In this document: positions 38,631 through 51,838 of the stretch, piece after piece
How the letters are laid out: every line of letters starts with the position of its first letter
How positions within the stretch are numbered: position 1 is the first letter of the stretch
Assembly: GCF_003918875.1 (NCBI RefSeq)
Contig: NW_025767119.1
Span: 806,001 to 870,000 of the forward strand
Length of the DNA: 64,000 bases
Direction: 5' to 3'
Source of the DNA: Haliotis rubra
Lineage: Eukaryota
The notes under the pieces: model-generated
The model's input: only the letters and a program-made list of their open reading frames with translations
Told to the model about the DNA's origin: nothing
Databases searched by the model: none
Made by a program: the position numbers and the translations under genes

Positions 38631-40338
38631 ACCTCTTGACAGCCCTTGTAAGACACCCGAACACAGCCATACCCAGTCAAGTTACAGACAATGATGCACT
38701 CACATTATTGATAAAAATCCATTCTTCGAGAATGAATACAGTCATAACATTGATTGCATGCGAGTAAAACCAATTCCTCGGGAATGCAGTTTATACGCTG
38801 CCAGTAGTGTGGTATTGTCGACAAGGTGGTTGTCAGGTATTACCTATTGACGCGACGTAAACAAAAACTGTCAAAACACATCGAGAGGGAATACAGTAAC
38901 TATACATGCAGGTTCACATCACACTCAGGTCATAATGAACTTTAACAAGACATGTAAAGCTCACATGTTATTTTGCGACCGATTTTGCTTAATGCCAATT
39001 TTGGTATATTGCGTGTCAGATTATATACGTAACCAAATTAATAACTTGATATTGTTACATTGAGATCCACAATACAAGTAGTGTGTGCATCACTTAATAG
39101 TAAATTAATTACCCCAATTTAACTAGTCAGGCTCAATTAGATTTTCCTGGACGATGATCATTTGAGATTGTCTCAAAATGCTGGTCAAGCAAATGACCTC
39201 CAAATCAATCGGCCTCACGAACATAACACCCTTGCGATACACTGGCGTGTCTCTCCGGATCCATCGTAAACGCTGAGCACACTCAAGATAGGCCCTATAT
39301 TCCGTCGCAAAGCATGGATACCTGCAGTTCGCAGTGGATGCCCCTTGGTCTGAGTGGACGCTCAACGTATGAGCATCAACTACTAGTAGAATTTGCAGCC
39401 ACAAATCAGTTGTAACCCGATTTGTACGTCATTTTGATGTGACGACACACGCAGCGCCTCGGACCTAGGGCGATCTGCAGCTGAAGCTCACAGGTCCACA
39501 GATTGTAATCTGTCTAACGACTACAATCCAGGGCTGCTGCATTTTCCAGCCTTAAGACTACCCATCACACTCTTCCGTTGCTAATTTGTTGAAAGACGGC
39601 AAACTTGCTTTTTTATTCAGCTGGCAGGACCCATGCAAGTGCAATCCCCAGACACGTGCAATCACAAAAGTAAATAGTAGCTCGCTGCACGTGATTGTTG
39701 TGTTTCACGCTCTTTGCACGATCTGTGACTACATTTTTCACGTCAGTCGCCAAGACCATACTCAATTTCCTGCATGTCATTGTCTCGTGTATGGCACAAG
39801 AACTCAAAAGAATCAACCCTTACAATTATTACAAACAATGTGGGTGTCAGATTTATGTTGAGTTATAAGAATGTCATGTCAGTGTTTACTGAGTGGTACC
39901 TTAAACCTTCTACTGTAGGCAGGTTATCCTGAGGCTTATCCTACCACGGGAATCCCACAGGAATCCCCTTGGTTTAATCAGAATTACGTCACTTTAGAAT
40001 GTCAATTGTCATTGTAGGTGGAATGAAATGAACACTTAAAAATGAGATGAATGACAGTTAAAATATTTTGCACACAGTTACCTGAACTTTTTCACAGACT
40101 GTACAGAGCAGCTTCATTGGTGCCACTTACGTGTGTTGTAATTAGTATAGTTGCGTCAGCCTTACCAGATTAAAATACAAAATGACCAGTTAATTGCTGG
40201 TTCATAACCATCTGCAACAGCAGACGCATCATCATAATGGTTTCATCAAGACTAAGGATGGATATGTATTTCTTTCTCACTGGACTTCTTACAACAATGC
40301 TTGAGGCGAAGCCTGAAGATGTTTTTCTACAAGTAGAA

Positions 40339-40927
40339 GTATTCGATTATGCTAAACCGGTTTAGGTTTCGGGAAAACCATGCACTCGATTATGTCGAAA
40401 CCTAAAACTGGGTTCTGAGACTTCAAAACCATCCCCGAGGCAGGTTTCGAAGTTTCGGTTTCGCATTCTCACACAACAAACAGGGCGGAAACGAAAGCGC
40501 CAAGTTCAGCGGATCTTGGTGGCAAAATAGAGTAGCAGTATTTGGAACCCAATTAATGATAAAAATCAACTGAGAACTAGGAAAATATTATTGAAAACAA
40601 GTCTATTGAACATTTTAAGTAACTTGTATATATATAATTACATGTACGCAAATATTTACCTACAAAAGCATCTCATCTATTCATTATTTGTTAATTCACT
40701 GATAAAATGAAAAGCATGTGCTGTGAACCAATTCGTTCCACATATACAGTAGCTGAGACATTTTTGGGGTATCCATTTTAAAACCGGATGGGGAAACTAT
40801 CCACTCGTTTATAAAACTAGAAGCTAGTTTCACTTTGAAACCATGTATCCTAAACTAGACACTCGTTTATAACAGGAGAAACCAGTTTCAAAAACCAAAA
40901 CCAGTTTCGCAATAATAGAACAGGCCC
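40339..40927. mobile_element. Degenerate MITE-like element (possibly PIF/Harbinger)
   Basis: The ends are loosely complementary (GTATTCGATTATGCTAAACCGGTTTAGGTTTC vs AAAACCAAAACCAGTTTCGCAATAATAGAACAGGCCC), with internal AAACC/GGTTT subrepeats. Confidence 0.4.
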
Positions 40928-42496
40928 TAAGATTGCAATTATATAGATTTCATCGTATGATAGCGATGCAATCTTTGTGTCCAAGCTGGTCCAGACAGAA
41001 GCTGGAAGGCTTTTCTCCCACAAGTTATATACTTTGCTCAATATAATGTTGTGTACATATGTGTAGGTTATGTTTACATAATCAAGTAATTAGATTTGGT
41101 TTTGGCTTGCGGTTCAGGTTTATATAGTTTTTTGGTTGTTTCTACAGACACAAAGAGCAGCCTTCTAGCTTTAAGGTTGCGATCTGCAAATAATCGGGTT
41201 TTGTCTCGACATCAACGTCATGTTGACGTCATGATTATAGATTTACTCAACTGGAATACAATTATATGCAGCAGTCAAATCGATCCCCTCTTACTAAAAG
41301 CATGGGCTGCTATAGCCCAATTCCGACACGGTTCTTTGAGGGTGCATTGATTCATAGTGGTAGTAGTGGTGGTTGTGACTGTGGTATTGGTTTGCAGGGG
41401 TAGTAGCCGTTAATGATGTAGCAGTATCTTGTCCGTGTTGCTGCTGCATAGATCCAGTAGACCCGGTACTTATCATAGCTGTACCAACTTCACACGCACA
41501 AGAGGTGAGGTGAAATTGGGTTTAACGTCGTGCTTGAGAATATTTCGCTCATATGACGATGTGAATGCGTGTGTATGTGTATGTGCGGCTACTTGTACTA
41601 GCCCAGACTTAAGCTGGTTTTATAGTCACACGCACAAGAAGTCCAGAAGGTATACTAGCGCCCAGTTTATTACACTCAAAATGCGATCAATAGCCGAGAT
41701 ATGAGATATTTCCATAAGTTATTACATGGGCTCTCCCGGTCTCGGCATGTGACTATTTATAACCAGATTGTATGTCATACAGTGCTGCATTACAGCTAGA
41801 ACTTTGACAAAGGCAGGGTGTACACACAAAGGGTGAGTTTAGCTGACACCTTTCCTGCTGATGTTCTGTTTCTTCTTTGTACATGATGAAATCTGTGTTT
41901 AACCACTGCATGAGATGTTTTCTATCATGTGAATATATTTTTCAAACAAAACGATTTTTCAAACATAAACATTGTGATCGAACTAACAGAAATGGATGGG
42001 AAAATTATATAATATTTAAAAACCAGTAAAAGCGTGAGTAAGCTACCAGAGTGCCATTTCTATTGTACGCATTGTTGGTTTAAAAGAGTGTGAAGTCTTT
42101 TTATCTTTCTTTGAACCGACCTTCACATTTGCAAATTGCAAATTTATTAATAGATCTTTAAAATCGCAAATTTATTAAGGGCGACTAACATTATCGGACG
42201 TATTTGGTTGATAGCATCGTTTCCATCTGGGTTGTTTGGTTCAAACTCGATTATTTACATATACCCAGAAAAATGCTGATTTTCACATTAAACAACAAGC
42301 AACGGAAACAAATCACGGATACACGTTTTGAAAACACAAAGTAGAAAATACCGGCAGAAAGTATACTAACGGGGAAACAGTAACTGTGAATAACATAACA
42401 GCTATTTATACATTGACCATTCAATGGGAATATGCACACTTGTCTTGATACTACATTCTCTTCATTTCAGACTGATCTAACGGCCCACCTATTGCC

Positions 42497-43988
42497 ATGG
42501 CTGACAAAGGTATTTTCCTATCCAAACATTGGTTGTACAAGAAAGCAGCATTGGATCTGTAAGCCAAATGTCGGGAACCACGTTAAAAATACATTATATG
42601 CCCAACACTTTTGGTTTCTGTACAACATACAAAGTATTTATGAAAATAGTGATGGGTGCAACCCATAGAGCAGATCATGGTTACCTTCTTCGCAAACACC
42701 TGGTGTCATGTTAGATTTTAGGTGATGTTATTCCTGAGTTTTAGCCCAAATCTGTTTTGACGCACATTTGAGACGAATTAGTCTCTGGTTTTCATGGATA
42801 TTTTAAACTGTGCTGATTGATCAGATAGTTAGGACTCGGGTGATTCCTTGTCATTAGCTTAGCATGTAGTCAGAACTGAGCAAAACGAGAACATTACAAT
42901 CATGTCATTAAATCTTTAGGTTATGATCATATTTATGAGCACAATATTTAGTAGCATGAAAATCAACACTTATAAACTAGTATTTGATCTTATCACTCTC
43001 TAATGGCAGATGGTTAAAAGTCAATTATCAGTATAACGTGATATAATTGCTTAGAAGAGTGTGTGAGACTACGATTATTCTCTTCACAGGAAATCATACA
43101 TGTTTTCTGGACAGTGAAATTCGAATGGTACTTGTTGGAAAGACTGGAGTAGGTAAAAGTGCCACAGGGAAAACAATAGCTGGAGCTGGAAAGATGGAAC
43201 AGATATTCAAAGCAATGGCAATGGCGGTGTCTGTTACAAAAACATGTCAACAACATTCCTTCAAACGCTTTGGGTACGACTTGCGACTTGTTGATGTCCC
43301 ATGTTTTTATGACAAAAGGGGTTCACATGAAGACATTAGGCATGAGATCATAAAATGTGTGAGGATGTCTTCTCCTGGAGTACACGCCATTCTTTTCATC
43401 GTTAGACTTGGCAGGATGACTGATGAAGACAAAATTACACTGGAATATTTCCTGCAATGCATTGGAGAAGAATCTAAAAGATTTGTCATTGTTGTATTTA
43501 CTGGAAAAGATGACTTGGAAGAGGCAGGTGACACCATTGACAACTATCTTGGAGTTCTTCCATCGAAACTGAAGCAGTTTCTGTTTGATACAAGTCATCG
43601 TTTTATTGCTGTCAACAACAGAGGGACAGATGAAGAAAAGGAAACCTTTACCAAAGATCTGATAGACATGGTAAAGAATATGGTTGTTGAAAACGGTGGC
43701 GAGTGCTACCGAAATGAGATGTATGAGAGATGTGAAGCTGATCTTCGAGAAGCTGAGAAGGAAAAAATCTACGAGAGGAGGCAGAAGGAATTCGAAGAGA
43801 AACTTAAAAAAGAAGTTGCTGCCTTGGAAAAACAGCTACTGAGTCAGCGTCTAAAAATGCAAGAAATGGAGAAACAACTTGAAAGGGAAAGAGATGAAGA
43901 AGATCGGTTGAATGAACATCTGAAAGCCTTACAACTGGTACTAGAGAAAGAAGATAGAAAGAAACGTCAGCGAGAAGACAAGAAATGA
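42497..43988 (+). CDS. GIMAP: GIMAP/AIG1-family GTPase; join(42497..42509,43090..43988), 303 aa
   Basis: GCCATGG start; a 13-nt coding exon ends at a GT donor (42510); acceptor CTCTTCACAG at 43089 restores frame (MADK-GNHTC...). Motifs RMVLVGKTGVGKSATG, SVTKTC, LVDVPCF, SPGVHAILFIV, VFTGKDDL, VNN; C-terminal coiled coil; AATAAA at 44967. Confidence 0.9.
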
Positions 43989-45427
43989 CGGGCAGAACAG
44001 GTCATTGGTTGGCACTAGCCAAAGAATTACGTAACTTCACGTTGGGAATGGCAGCAGCAACCTAAAAGCTGCATTAGATAGAATGTAGAATTTAGTATCA
44101 CTCATTTTCAGTGACTTATCCACCTAGGAATGACCATATTTTTAAGCCCGATGGAATGTATTTGTACATATACTCCTGACTGACTATGCTCTGGCTTTTA
44201 CCTTTTCAATTTTAACGGAAAATCTGTTTGTATGTCTTATTTATATTCCGCTCCATCCTTCTTTAGTCTTCCATTTCATATTATTCTGGGTACGAGCGAT
44301 TCTTCGGTAGGCTTCAAACTGCGCCCAACAAAAGTTGTTCAGTGAAGAATATGACTTTCAAAGTTTTACACCGAGTTTAGCCTTAGCCAGAAATATCACA
44401 TCGGGGGACCCAAGAAACGGACTTGGTAGAAATAAGGAAGACCTTTGAAGGATCTGTGATAAAATCGATGTGTGCTGCCATTCCTTGTTTTGATTTGGAC
44501 CTGAAATTCCTGACTTAACAGGTGAAATATTGCCTTGCATTGGCTTGTGTTTGTGACAAGTGTCAGCAGTGGGACATGATTTGCTCATTGCTATAATGAA
44601 CACCTTTTTTACTTGCTTGTTTGTTTGTTTGTTTAACTCGGCAATATTGCCAGATGATATTGTAGCCTGTGAATAATCGAGTGTGGACCATACAATTCGG
44701 AGACTGACACCAAAGTATCAATCTACATAAACATACATGAACCATGTCAGCGGCCACCCGATCCACTTAGTCATCCTATAACAAAAATGGGTTGACATTG
44801 ACATCACTGGTGTCTCTCTCTCTCTCACACTTTCTTTCCTTCTTTCTATCATACCAACCAATATCTTTCGTGGCTACTCCTATAGACTACCCTCTTGCAA
44901 TGTACTTTGATAATGAAATATTTGTTCTGAAAGTAAACATCATGGTTTGTAGCTTGGTATGTATACAATAAAGAGCTAAAAAATCGAGATGAACTGTTTT
45001 ACGTGTTCTGGCACTGTTCCAAGGTTCCATTGAATGATATATCTACAGAGGACTAAAAGTACAAGATTGTTTTGAATATATTCTTTTTGGAAAAGAACTC
45101 TCTTCAGCTACAGCTATAGAACCTGAATTTATGTAAATGAATCTGATAAATATATAAGGTCAGTGTTAAATCAAATTCCAAACTAATAATATCTTAGATA
45201 AACCCAATCAAAATGGTGACTTTGCATGCTACAATAATTTATTTAAAGCACCTTAGGGAGTCCGTATTTAACTCTGTGTTTCTCATCGCCTGACTGTTCC
45301 AAGAATGGGGCGGCCGGGCGGGCGAAAAAAAAAATACTATTTAATATTCAAGTATGAACGCATACTCACGGGAATCACGGCAAAGACAATGAAGGCTACC
45401 CCTAAATTCCATACCAGTGTGTATGTT

Positions 45428-46933
45428 CACTGGTAGGGAACTTGGTTACAGCGAGAGTGGAGTCTTTGTGAACAGAAACTTTATGATTTCTGACAGAGTC
45501 TTTGTGATTTGTCACAGAGTCTTTGCAGTGATATGTGTTATAAGATAAAATGGTAATTATAGCTTTAGTTTGTGGTATTAAAGACTATAATTTTCCTTAT
45601 CAACACATAATATCATCTTGCAACTTAATAATTTACTTAAATACATATAGCAATAGCATAGATATCCTTTTTATCATAATTTGCAATGAAAGTCATTTTG
45701 ATGATAAATATGAGTAAAACATCAAGAGTATGGTACATCATGAGTACAAAGTCACATTCACAATGCTTAACTCACATACTCGGTACAAAAAAAAATATTT
45801 TCAGAAGAATACAATTTAGTCAATGTTCATGATGATTTTGATGATGATTGTGATCTACACATTGTTGTAGATAATTGACAATTCTAAATAGGCTTCAAAA
45901 TGTAAAGTGTTGTCTCATGTAACACAATATGTGAATAAACACTACAGACTGTAGTGTTATAGCCCTGTTCAAGCAAGTGGCGATTCATGGCTATTTTAAT
46001 CCCATCGGTGAATTCATTACATTGGTTTTTACTGAACTATATATTTCCGGAATATTGAAGGAAATCTAAGCATGCAGAAAAATATGCCAAAAAGGAAGGA
46101 ATGACAGGTCCGTCTTACAGCAATATTTATGCCAGGAGATTTTCAACCAAAGTGAACAGATTCTGCACAATTCTGTCATAAGTACTTCACGAAATATCCA
46201 TACGCTTCATTGTGGAATTACAAGCATGAGACAAATATCCTTACATTATACTTGACCACTTATGATGTTCTCGTCAGCATTGTCCTGACATGGAACAGTT
46301 GAGCGATGAAATATGAAAGTTTTATATTCAGTTTAAATCACCTCGAATTATAGCTTCAAACATTCAGATGATCTTAAGACACCACAGATACATTAATAGA
46401 AAAGTCAAATTCCTATTCATGAACAAGATTTTAAATATTGTGTCCGGTCTATTCCATTTTTGGGATTGTGAATGTCTGTGACCAAAAATGAATTTTCTGT
46501 TACATCAATTTCATAATCACAAATTTTCTGTCACTATAGAGCTACGAGTATTCCATATGTCTTATTTCGGCTGATTAAACAGTCGGCCAATCAGATAAAC
46601 CCAATCAAAATGGTGACTTTGCATGCTACAATAATTTATTTAATCATTTTTTTCAAATATATCAATTCATTATAGAACAAATATGAAAATCCGAACAATT
46701 TATGTCTTTAGCTGAATATCAAGCGTTTTCACAGTAATATAGCTATATGCGTTCCTGAAGGAACATAGCATTGAGGTAAACGTGGAATTAATTCCCTTAT
46801 AAAGTTGTTTTTGGACGCCTACAGGACATTTATTGTACCTTACCCTCGCCTTGCAGAAGCTATAATTACAAAGAATCTGTCAGAAATCATAAAGAAGACT
46901 CCACTCTCACTGTAACCAAGTATCCTACCAGTG
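45428..46933. mobile_element. Nested non-autonomous TIR element (CACT termini)
   Basis: ~70-80 bp imperfect inverted ends CACTGGTAGGGAACTTGGTTACAGCGAGAGTGGAGTCTT... and ...AAGACTCCACTCTCACTGTAACCAAGTATCCTACCAGTG; AT-rich non-coding interior. Confidence 0.65.
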
Positions 46934-46976
46934 ATACACGATATTGTGAACTCCTAACATTGCCTGATCGTAAATA

Positions 46977-48473
46977 TACTAGGCATATATAGAAACTGTG
47001 CATACAAAAATTTAAAATCTAAATTTATCAATCCTGTATAGACACATGAGGATTTAAACTCAGAGATTAGTGACATGTATCCAACATGCATGCACGTGCC
47101 ACGTTCCGTGACGTCAATGGGTTCGTCCTTGAGACGTGCAATACGTTGTTGCACGTGCATTCCGGGAAAGAGAAACAGAGCAAATGAATGCTACACAATA
47201 CTGTCACTTTGGAAAGCTCAACCTCTGCCCTTGCGATCGATCAAAAAATAATTGAAACGCATAGCATGCCAAGGGTCACGTCTGCACAGCGTCATGAGGC
47301 CATTGGGATGGTCCGTGGGGAAATGTCTCAACGACAAGTGGTTGCACATTTCCACTGCCACCGGAACACCATTTCTGCCCTGGTGAAACGCTACCAGAAC
47401 ACAAATGACGTCATCGATCGGCCACTTTCTGGACGTCCATGTGTAACAACGCCAGGACAGATGGATAAGGGTGACCAATCTTCGCCGTAGGTTTCAGACT
47501 GCAGTGATGACTGCCCGAACCATCCCGGGACTTCGCTGTATCCTGCCTAACACAGTTCGACAACGTTTACGTCATCACGGGATCAGACCACGACGTCCCG
47601 CCATACGGCCTATCCTGACACAACGTCATCGACAAGCTCGCCGAATGTGGTGCCGAAATCATGTCCGCAGACCCTTGTTTTAGTGGAGAAATGTTGTTTT
47701 TACAGATGAGTCCAGGTTTAATATTTCCCATAGTGCTGGACGTCAACGTGCCTATAGACGCGTGGGGAGAACGTTATACACAGGCCTGTGTCTTGGAGAG
47801 GAAACGCTTTGGTGGTGTTCCGTGATGTTTTGGGGTGGAATAACAGCACGCCAAAGAACTCCTTTGGTGATTGTTCAGGGCAACTCACCTGGTGTGGGCT
47901 ACAGGGATCAGATTCTTCGACCTGTGGCAATTCCTTTTCTTCAACGTCATGGCCCTGGGTTAACATTCCAACAGGACAAGTGCCCGCCCTCATACGGCAA
48001 GGGTTGGATTTCTTGCAACACCACAACGTTGGCTTACTGCCTTGGCCTGCAGATTCACCGGATCTCTCTCCCCGATAGAGCATGTTTGGGACGAGATGGA
48101 TCGACGTCTACGCCGTCTGCCTCATCCGCCAGATAATGTCATGGACCTTGCAACAGAACTTTAGAGAATCTGGCGTGACATCCCACAAGCCTTCCTTGCA
48201 CGTTTGATAGGCTCTATGCGTCGTTGATGCACTGCTGTTCTCAATGCCAATGGTGGACATACCCGTTATTGAGCTTGTGACATGGTCGTTTGAACCCTGT
48301 CCCGCTTGTGGACTTGTGACGTCATTGTGATTGACTTTTCAATTGAAATTCTCCCGACTTGTTATGGTCTCGTGATCCCTCCATTAAAGTTTTTATGTAC
48401 TTTTGACATTGTTATCGTACTTATCAACTGGGATAATATTTTGACAATGCACAGTTTCTGTATGTGGCTAGTG
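46977..48473 (+). mobile_element. Tc1/mariner transposon (family 1), full length, transposase pseudogene
   Basis: TA on both flanks; ~27-bp TIRs; MPRVTSAQRHEA, FTDESRF, VMFWGGI, FQQD, WPADSPDLSP, IEHVWD spread across frameshifts and a stop. Confidence 0.93.
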
Positions 48474-49102
48474 TATTAGTGGATGCCAATCCAAAACCGT
48501 AACAGGGAGTAAAGATGAAACAGTTGCTTCCATTTAAATACCTGCTGAAGATTCGTTTTTCGTTTTCGTTTTTCGATGAATTTAATACATTTTAAACTAA
48601 ATTTTATTTTTTTCTTGTGGCGAAACATTTTTGTTTCAATGGGCCGTGTATATTTGAGACTCGTCGGCGCAAAGTTTAGAAATAAAAATATTTTTGTTAT
48701 TGTATGGGCAGTTGGGATTTTTATGGGCGGCGGGAGATGAGAAACACAGAATTAAAGACAGACGCCCTTATGTGTCGGTCACATCTTTTTCAACACACTG
48801 ATCTAAATCGCCAAGATGAAGTGGTGATTCGGAAGTGTTATATGGGACACTCTAATTTATGGCCATTCATTCTTATTCAAGGGAGAGGATCCCCCTCAAT
48901 ATATTCCATGTCACAGTCCTTTAACTGTCAAGCACCTTTTGTTGGAATGTGTTGAATTTCCGCTCATTCGGCTACCGCGTTATACCCTTCAAACTATTGG
49001 AACTTTTCAATACCGTTTCTAAATATGTAATTTTAGAAGAAAAATTAAACTATATGATAAGATGTAGATTTTAAATTCTGAATGTCGGTTTTTACCTTTA
49101 AC

Positions 49103-49267
49103 AGAATGAGTGAGTACGGTTCTACGCCACTTTTAGCAACATTTTAGCAATATCACGGCGGGGGACACCAGAAAGGGGTTTCACTGATTTTACCCATGTG
49201 GGGAATCAAACCCGGTTCTTCAGCGTGAATAGCGAACGCTTTAACCATTAGGCTACCCCACCGTCCC
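49103..49267 (-). mobile_element. tRNA-derived SINE with (ACTC)n tail
   Basis: Minus-strand A/B-box head (GGTAGCCTAATGGTTAAAGCG..GGGTTTGATTCCC); 11-bp TSD TTACCTTTAAC at 49092 and 49268. Confidence 0.85.
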
Positions 49268-49859
49268 TTACCTTTAACTATGATAGTTGACTGAAGTTTT
49301 AGTGATCTTCTTCGTCACTTTTATTCTGTAATCGTTTCTTTATTAAAATAGTTGTTTTCTAGCCGCGAAAAGCTGCAAAATTGCTGATGCAGCTAAACGC
49401 AACATTTACTCACTCACTCACTCTTTCTCAACAGTATCACTAGGTACCACACTGACATCTTGACTGATACTGACATCTGGAGTCCAGAAAATTCCAGATA
49501 TCAGAAAAAGAAACCATCAACATCTCATTAGATTACCTCGAGATATTACTGTTTGATTATACAATTGTAGTTTTAGTTTAAATCTGGAGATGCCTCATGT
49601 GCACGCATTTCTGAAGCAAGTGCATGCTAAGATATTGTCAGCAGAGTCACACGGACCGATCATTTGCAAATCATCTCAACTTCTATGCACATCGCTCTGT
49701 AACTGCAATTGGAACTGTTAAAGGAGACTTCAGAGTCACAGAGATGGATGTTTGACAAAACGATATCACGTGACTCATCAAAACAGTAATTTGTTCATAA
49801 ATTGGATGATGAATTATATCTTTTACTACTACTTGTTATATTACTTGAAAGTATTAGAA

Positions 49860-50230
49860 ATAGCCCTTTGAACGACGACACCCCAAAAATATGTTTTATC
49901 ATGATGTTCCTTAGCACTATGCAAGGTTTTCTGCTTTAATCCAGTGGAACGTCACATGGTGTTGGAATTGGAAATCCCACATTTCTGGTGGCCATCTTGG
50001 ATTTTTCGGAAAATAGGCCAAACAAATCGGGCACATCCCCAAAAATAGGTTTTATCATGATGTTCCTTAGCACTGTGCAAGGTTTTCTGCTATATTCCAG
50101 CGGTGAAAGTCATATAGTGATAGAAAAGGAAATCTTTGATTTTGGGAGGCCATCTTGGATTTTTGGGAAAATGGGCCCAAAAAATCGGGCACACCCCAAA
50201 AATATGTTTTATCATGATATTCCCCAGCAC
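49860..50230. repeat. ~157-bp tandem subrepeats (about 2.3 copies), probably the interior of a non-autonomous Helitron/Helentron-like element
   Basis: CCCCAAAAATA(T/G)GTTTTATCATGAT at ~49881, 50037 and 50194; GGCCATCTTGGATTT motif occurs twice. Confidence 0.55.
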
Positions 50231-50748
50231 TTTATTATTATTATTATTGGATATTTATATAGCGCACATATCCACGCACTAGTGCATGCTCAAGGCGCTG
50301 GTATTTTTCCCTCGATCATTGGATGTCAGTCTCAACGGCACATCGCATTATCAATCTCAACTCCTTGGGGAGTATACAACTCTTGCAGCCACTAGGCGCA
50401 CCGAGTTATTGTAACTTTCTCATCCTAACGAGGTACCCATTCACAGTTGGGTGGACTCGGACACATAGTCACAGTACTTTGTCCAAGTTAACTGCACGTT
50501 GCTGTACCTGCAACTAGGTGTTTGCACGTATTCATGTGGCCACCATCTGGTCATATACCAACGGATTCGTGGGTTCTTTTAAGTGCACAGGGTTGTGTAC
50601 TGTACACTAGGGGTTGTGACAACACTGAAAGAGTCTGCACACAAAGTTGACTCCAAGGTTTTTTACACCCGGTCACAGGTGGACGCGATCGCGACACCTC
50701 AACCTCGCTGGATCACTACCCTGGCGCCTTAGCCAGCTCGCCCACCAC
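50231..50748 (-). mobile_element. tRNA-headed SINE with (TAA)n tail
   Basis: Tail TTATTATTATT and ATTTATATAGCGC at the left end; central AGGTACCCATTCACAGTTGGGTGGAC; tRNA-like A box at ~50725-50748. Confidence 0.65.
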
Positions 50749-51124
50749 TTTGCAAAGTTTCAGGCTTTAGTCAGCCAAGTATCTATTTTCACCCTTGGCC
50801 ACTGCACTATAATATGTACCTGCTTGAATGGCAGAAGGACTGGGGTTAAAACATGATCCAACATGGCAGTTAGTTTTTCGTGGACGACAATCATTTGAAA
50901 TGCTGGAAAATGCCGGCTAAACAAATGCCCTCCAAATCAGTCAACCTCACGAGCACAGACATCCTGCGACAGATCCTGGCGTATCTCCTGATCCAACATC
51001 AACGTTGAGCGCACTAAACTTAGTCAAGATAACTACTATATTGGGTCTCCAAGCTCAGATACCTGTAGTTACCATAATGCGTTCTGACAGTCTACCTCTG
51101 ACAGTCTACCTCTGAACAACAACT

Positions 51125-51838
51125 CGTCGCCTGAACACCAGAGTGTTGTAAGTCCACTTTTGACAAAATTAGAGTTAGTATGCTCAGGGTAGGTTTTAGA
51201 GCGTAATCTATTACTCTAGCAACTTTTTACAGTGCTATCTAGCTGTAAAAGTGGTTTTTCAAACACAAACTTTGTTCTATCTCCATGAAAATCACATGTT
51301 GTTAATTTTCGAGTGTTCTAAGTTGTCAATTGACCAATGGGCAAGCACAATTTGATCACGTGACATCGAGATTTACCAATTTTGAAGTGATTGTCATCAT
51401 GGAGATGGAACATTTTAACTCTGTTCTTATTTCTGCTTTATCTAATTAAATATAGTTCTTATGAAAGAAAAACAGGTTTAAACGACAAAAATACAACCTG
51501 GTAAAAAGGAAATAACAATCAAATATCGATATAATATAATAAAGCTGAGTTTTAGCTGTGTTTTTTGACACTTAGAACACTTTGGTTTTGAGAAAAATCA
51601 CGATTTTCTTTGGTCAAGTGTTCTATCTCCAATCATCTTTCGTGAATTTCTTATTTATTTCAATAGATTGAGCATATAATTTGATATTTTCTGATCCTGT
51701 TTAACATGTCACATGCATGTGCAAAATTTGAAAGAATTCGATTGAAAAGTGAAGAAGATATTGTTGTCCTAAACTTCAAGATCGAATTTCTCGAAAATAG
51801 GTTTTTGTGACTTAAAACACTCTGGTTTTCAGGCGACG
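51125..51838. mobile_element. MITE with 30-bp TIRs and 4-bp TSD AACT (Sola-like)
   Basis: CGTCGCCTGAACACCAGAGTGTTGTAAGTC and GACTTAAAACACTCTGGTTTTCAGGCGACG (2 mismatches); AACT at 51121-51124 and 51839-51842. Confidence 0.8.

Larger units (their letters stand above)
45256..48767. mobile_element. Non-autonomous TIR DNA transposon with 3-bp TTA TSD (PIF/Harbinger-like), hosting two nested elements
   Basis: TIRs GGGAGTCCGTATTTAACTCTGTGTTTCTCATC and GATGAGAAACACAGAATTAAAGACAGACGCCC; TTA at 45253-45255 and 48768-48770. Confidence 0.75.

Noticed and set aside
41294-41345. EGF-like CTLKEPCRN peptide on the minus strand
   Set aside because: It overlaps what appears to be a decayed SINE end (CTCTTAC..AAGCATGGG), so it is not supported as coding.
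43047-43089. ORF-track N-terminus of GIMAP (MLRRVCETTIILFT)
   Set aside because: It starts at TTG inside an intron; a good acceptor at 43089 and an upstream ATG exon at 42497 explain the true start.
49988-50395. 135-aa ORF with hydrophobic stretches
   Set aside because: It spans tandem subrepeats and a SINE (TTA)n tail; no coding signature.
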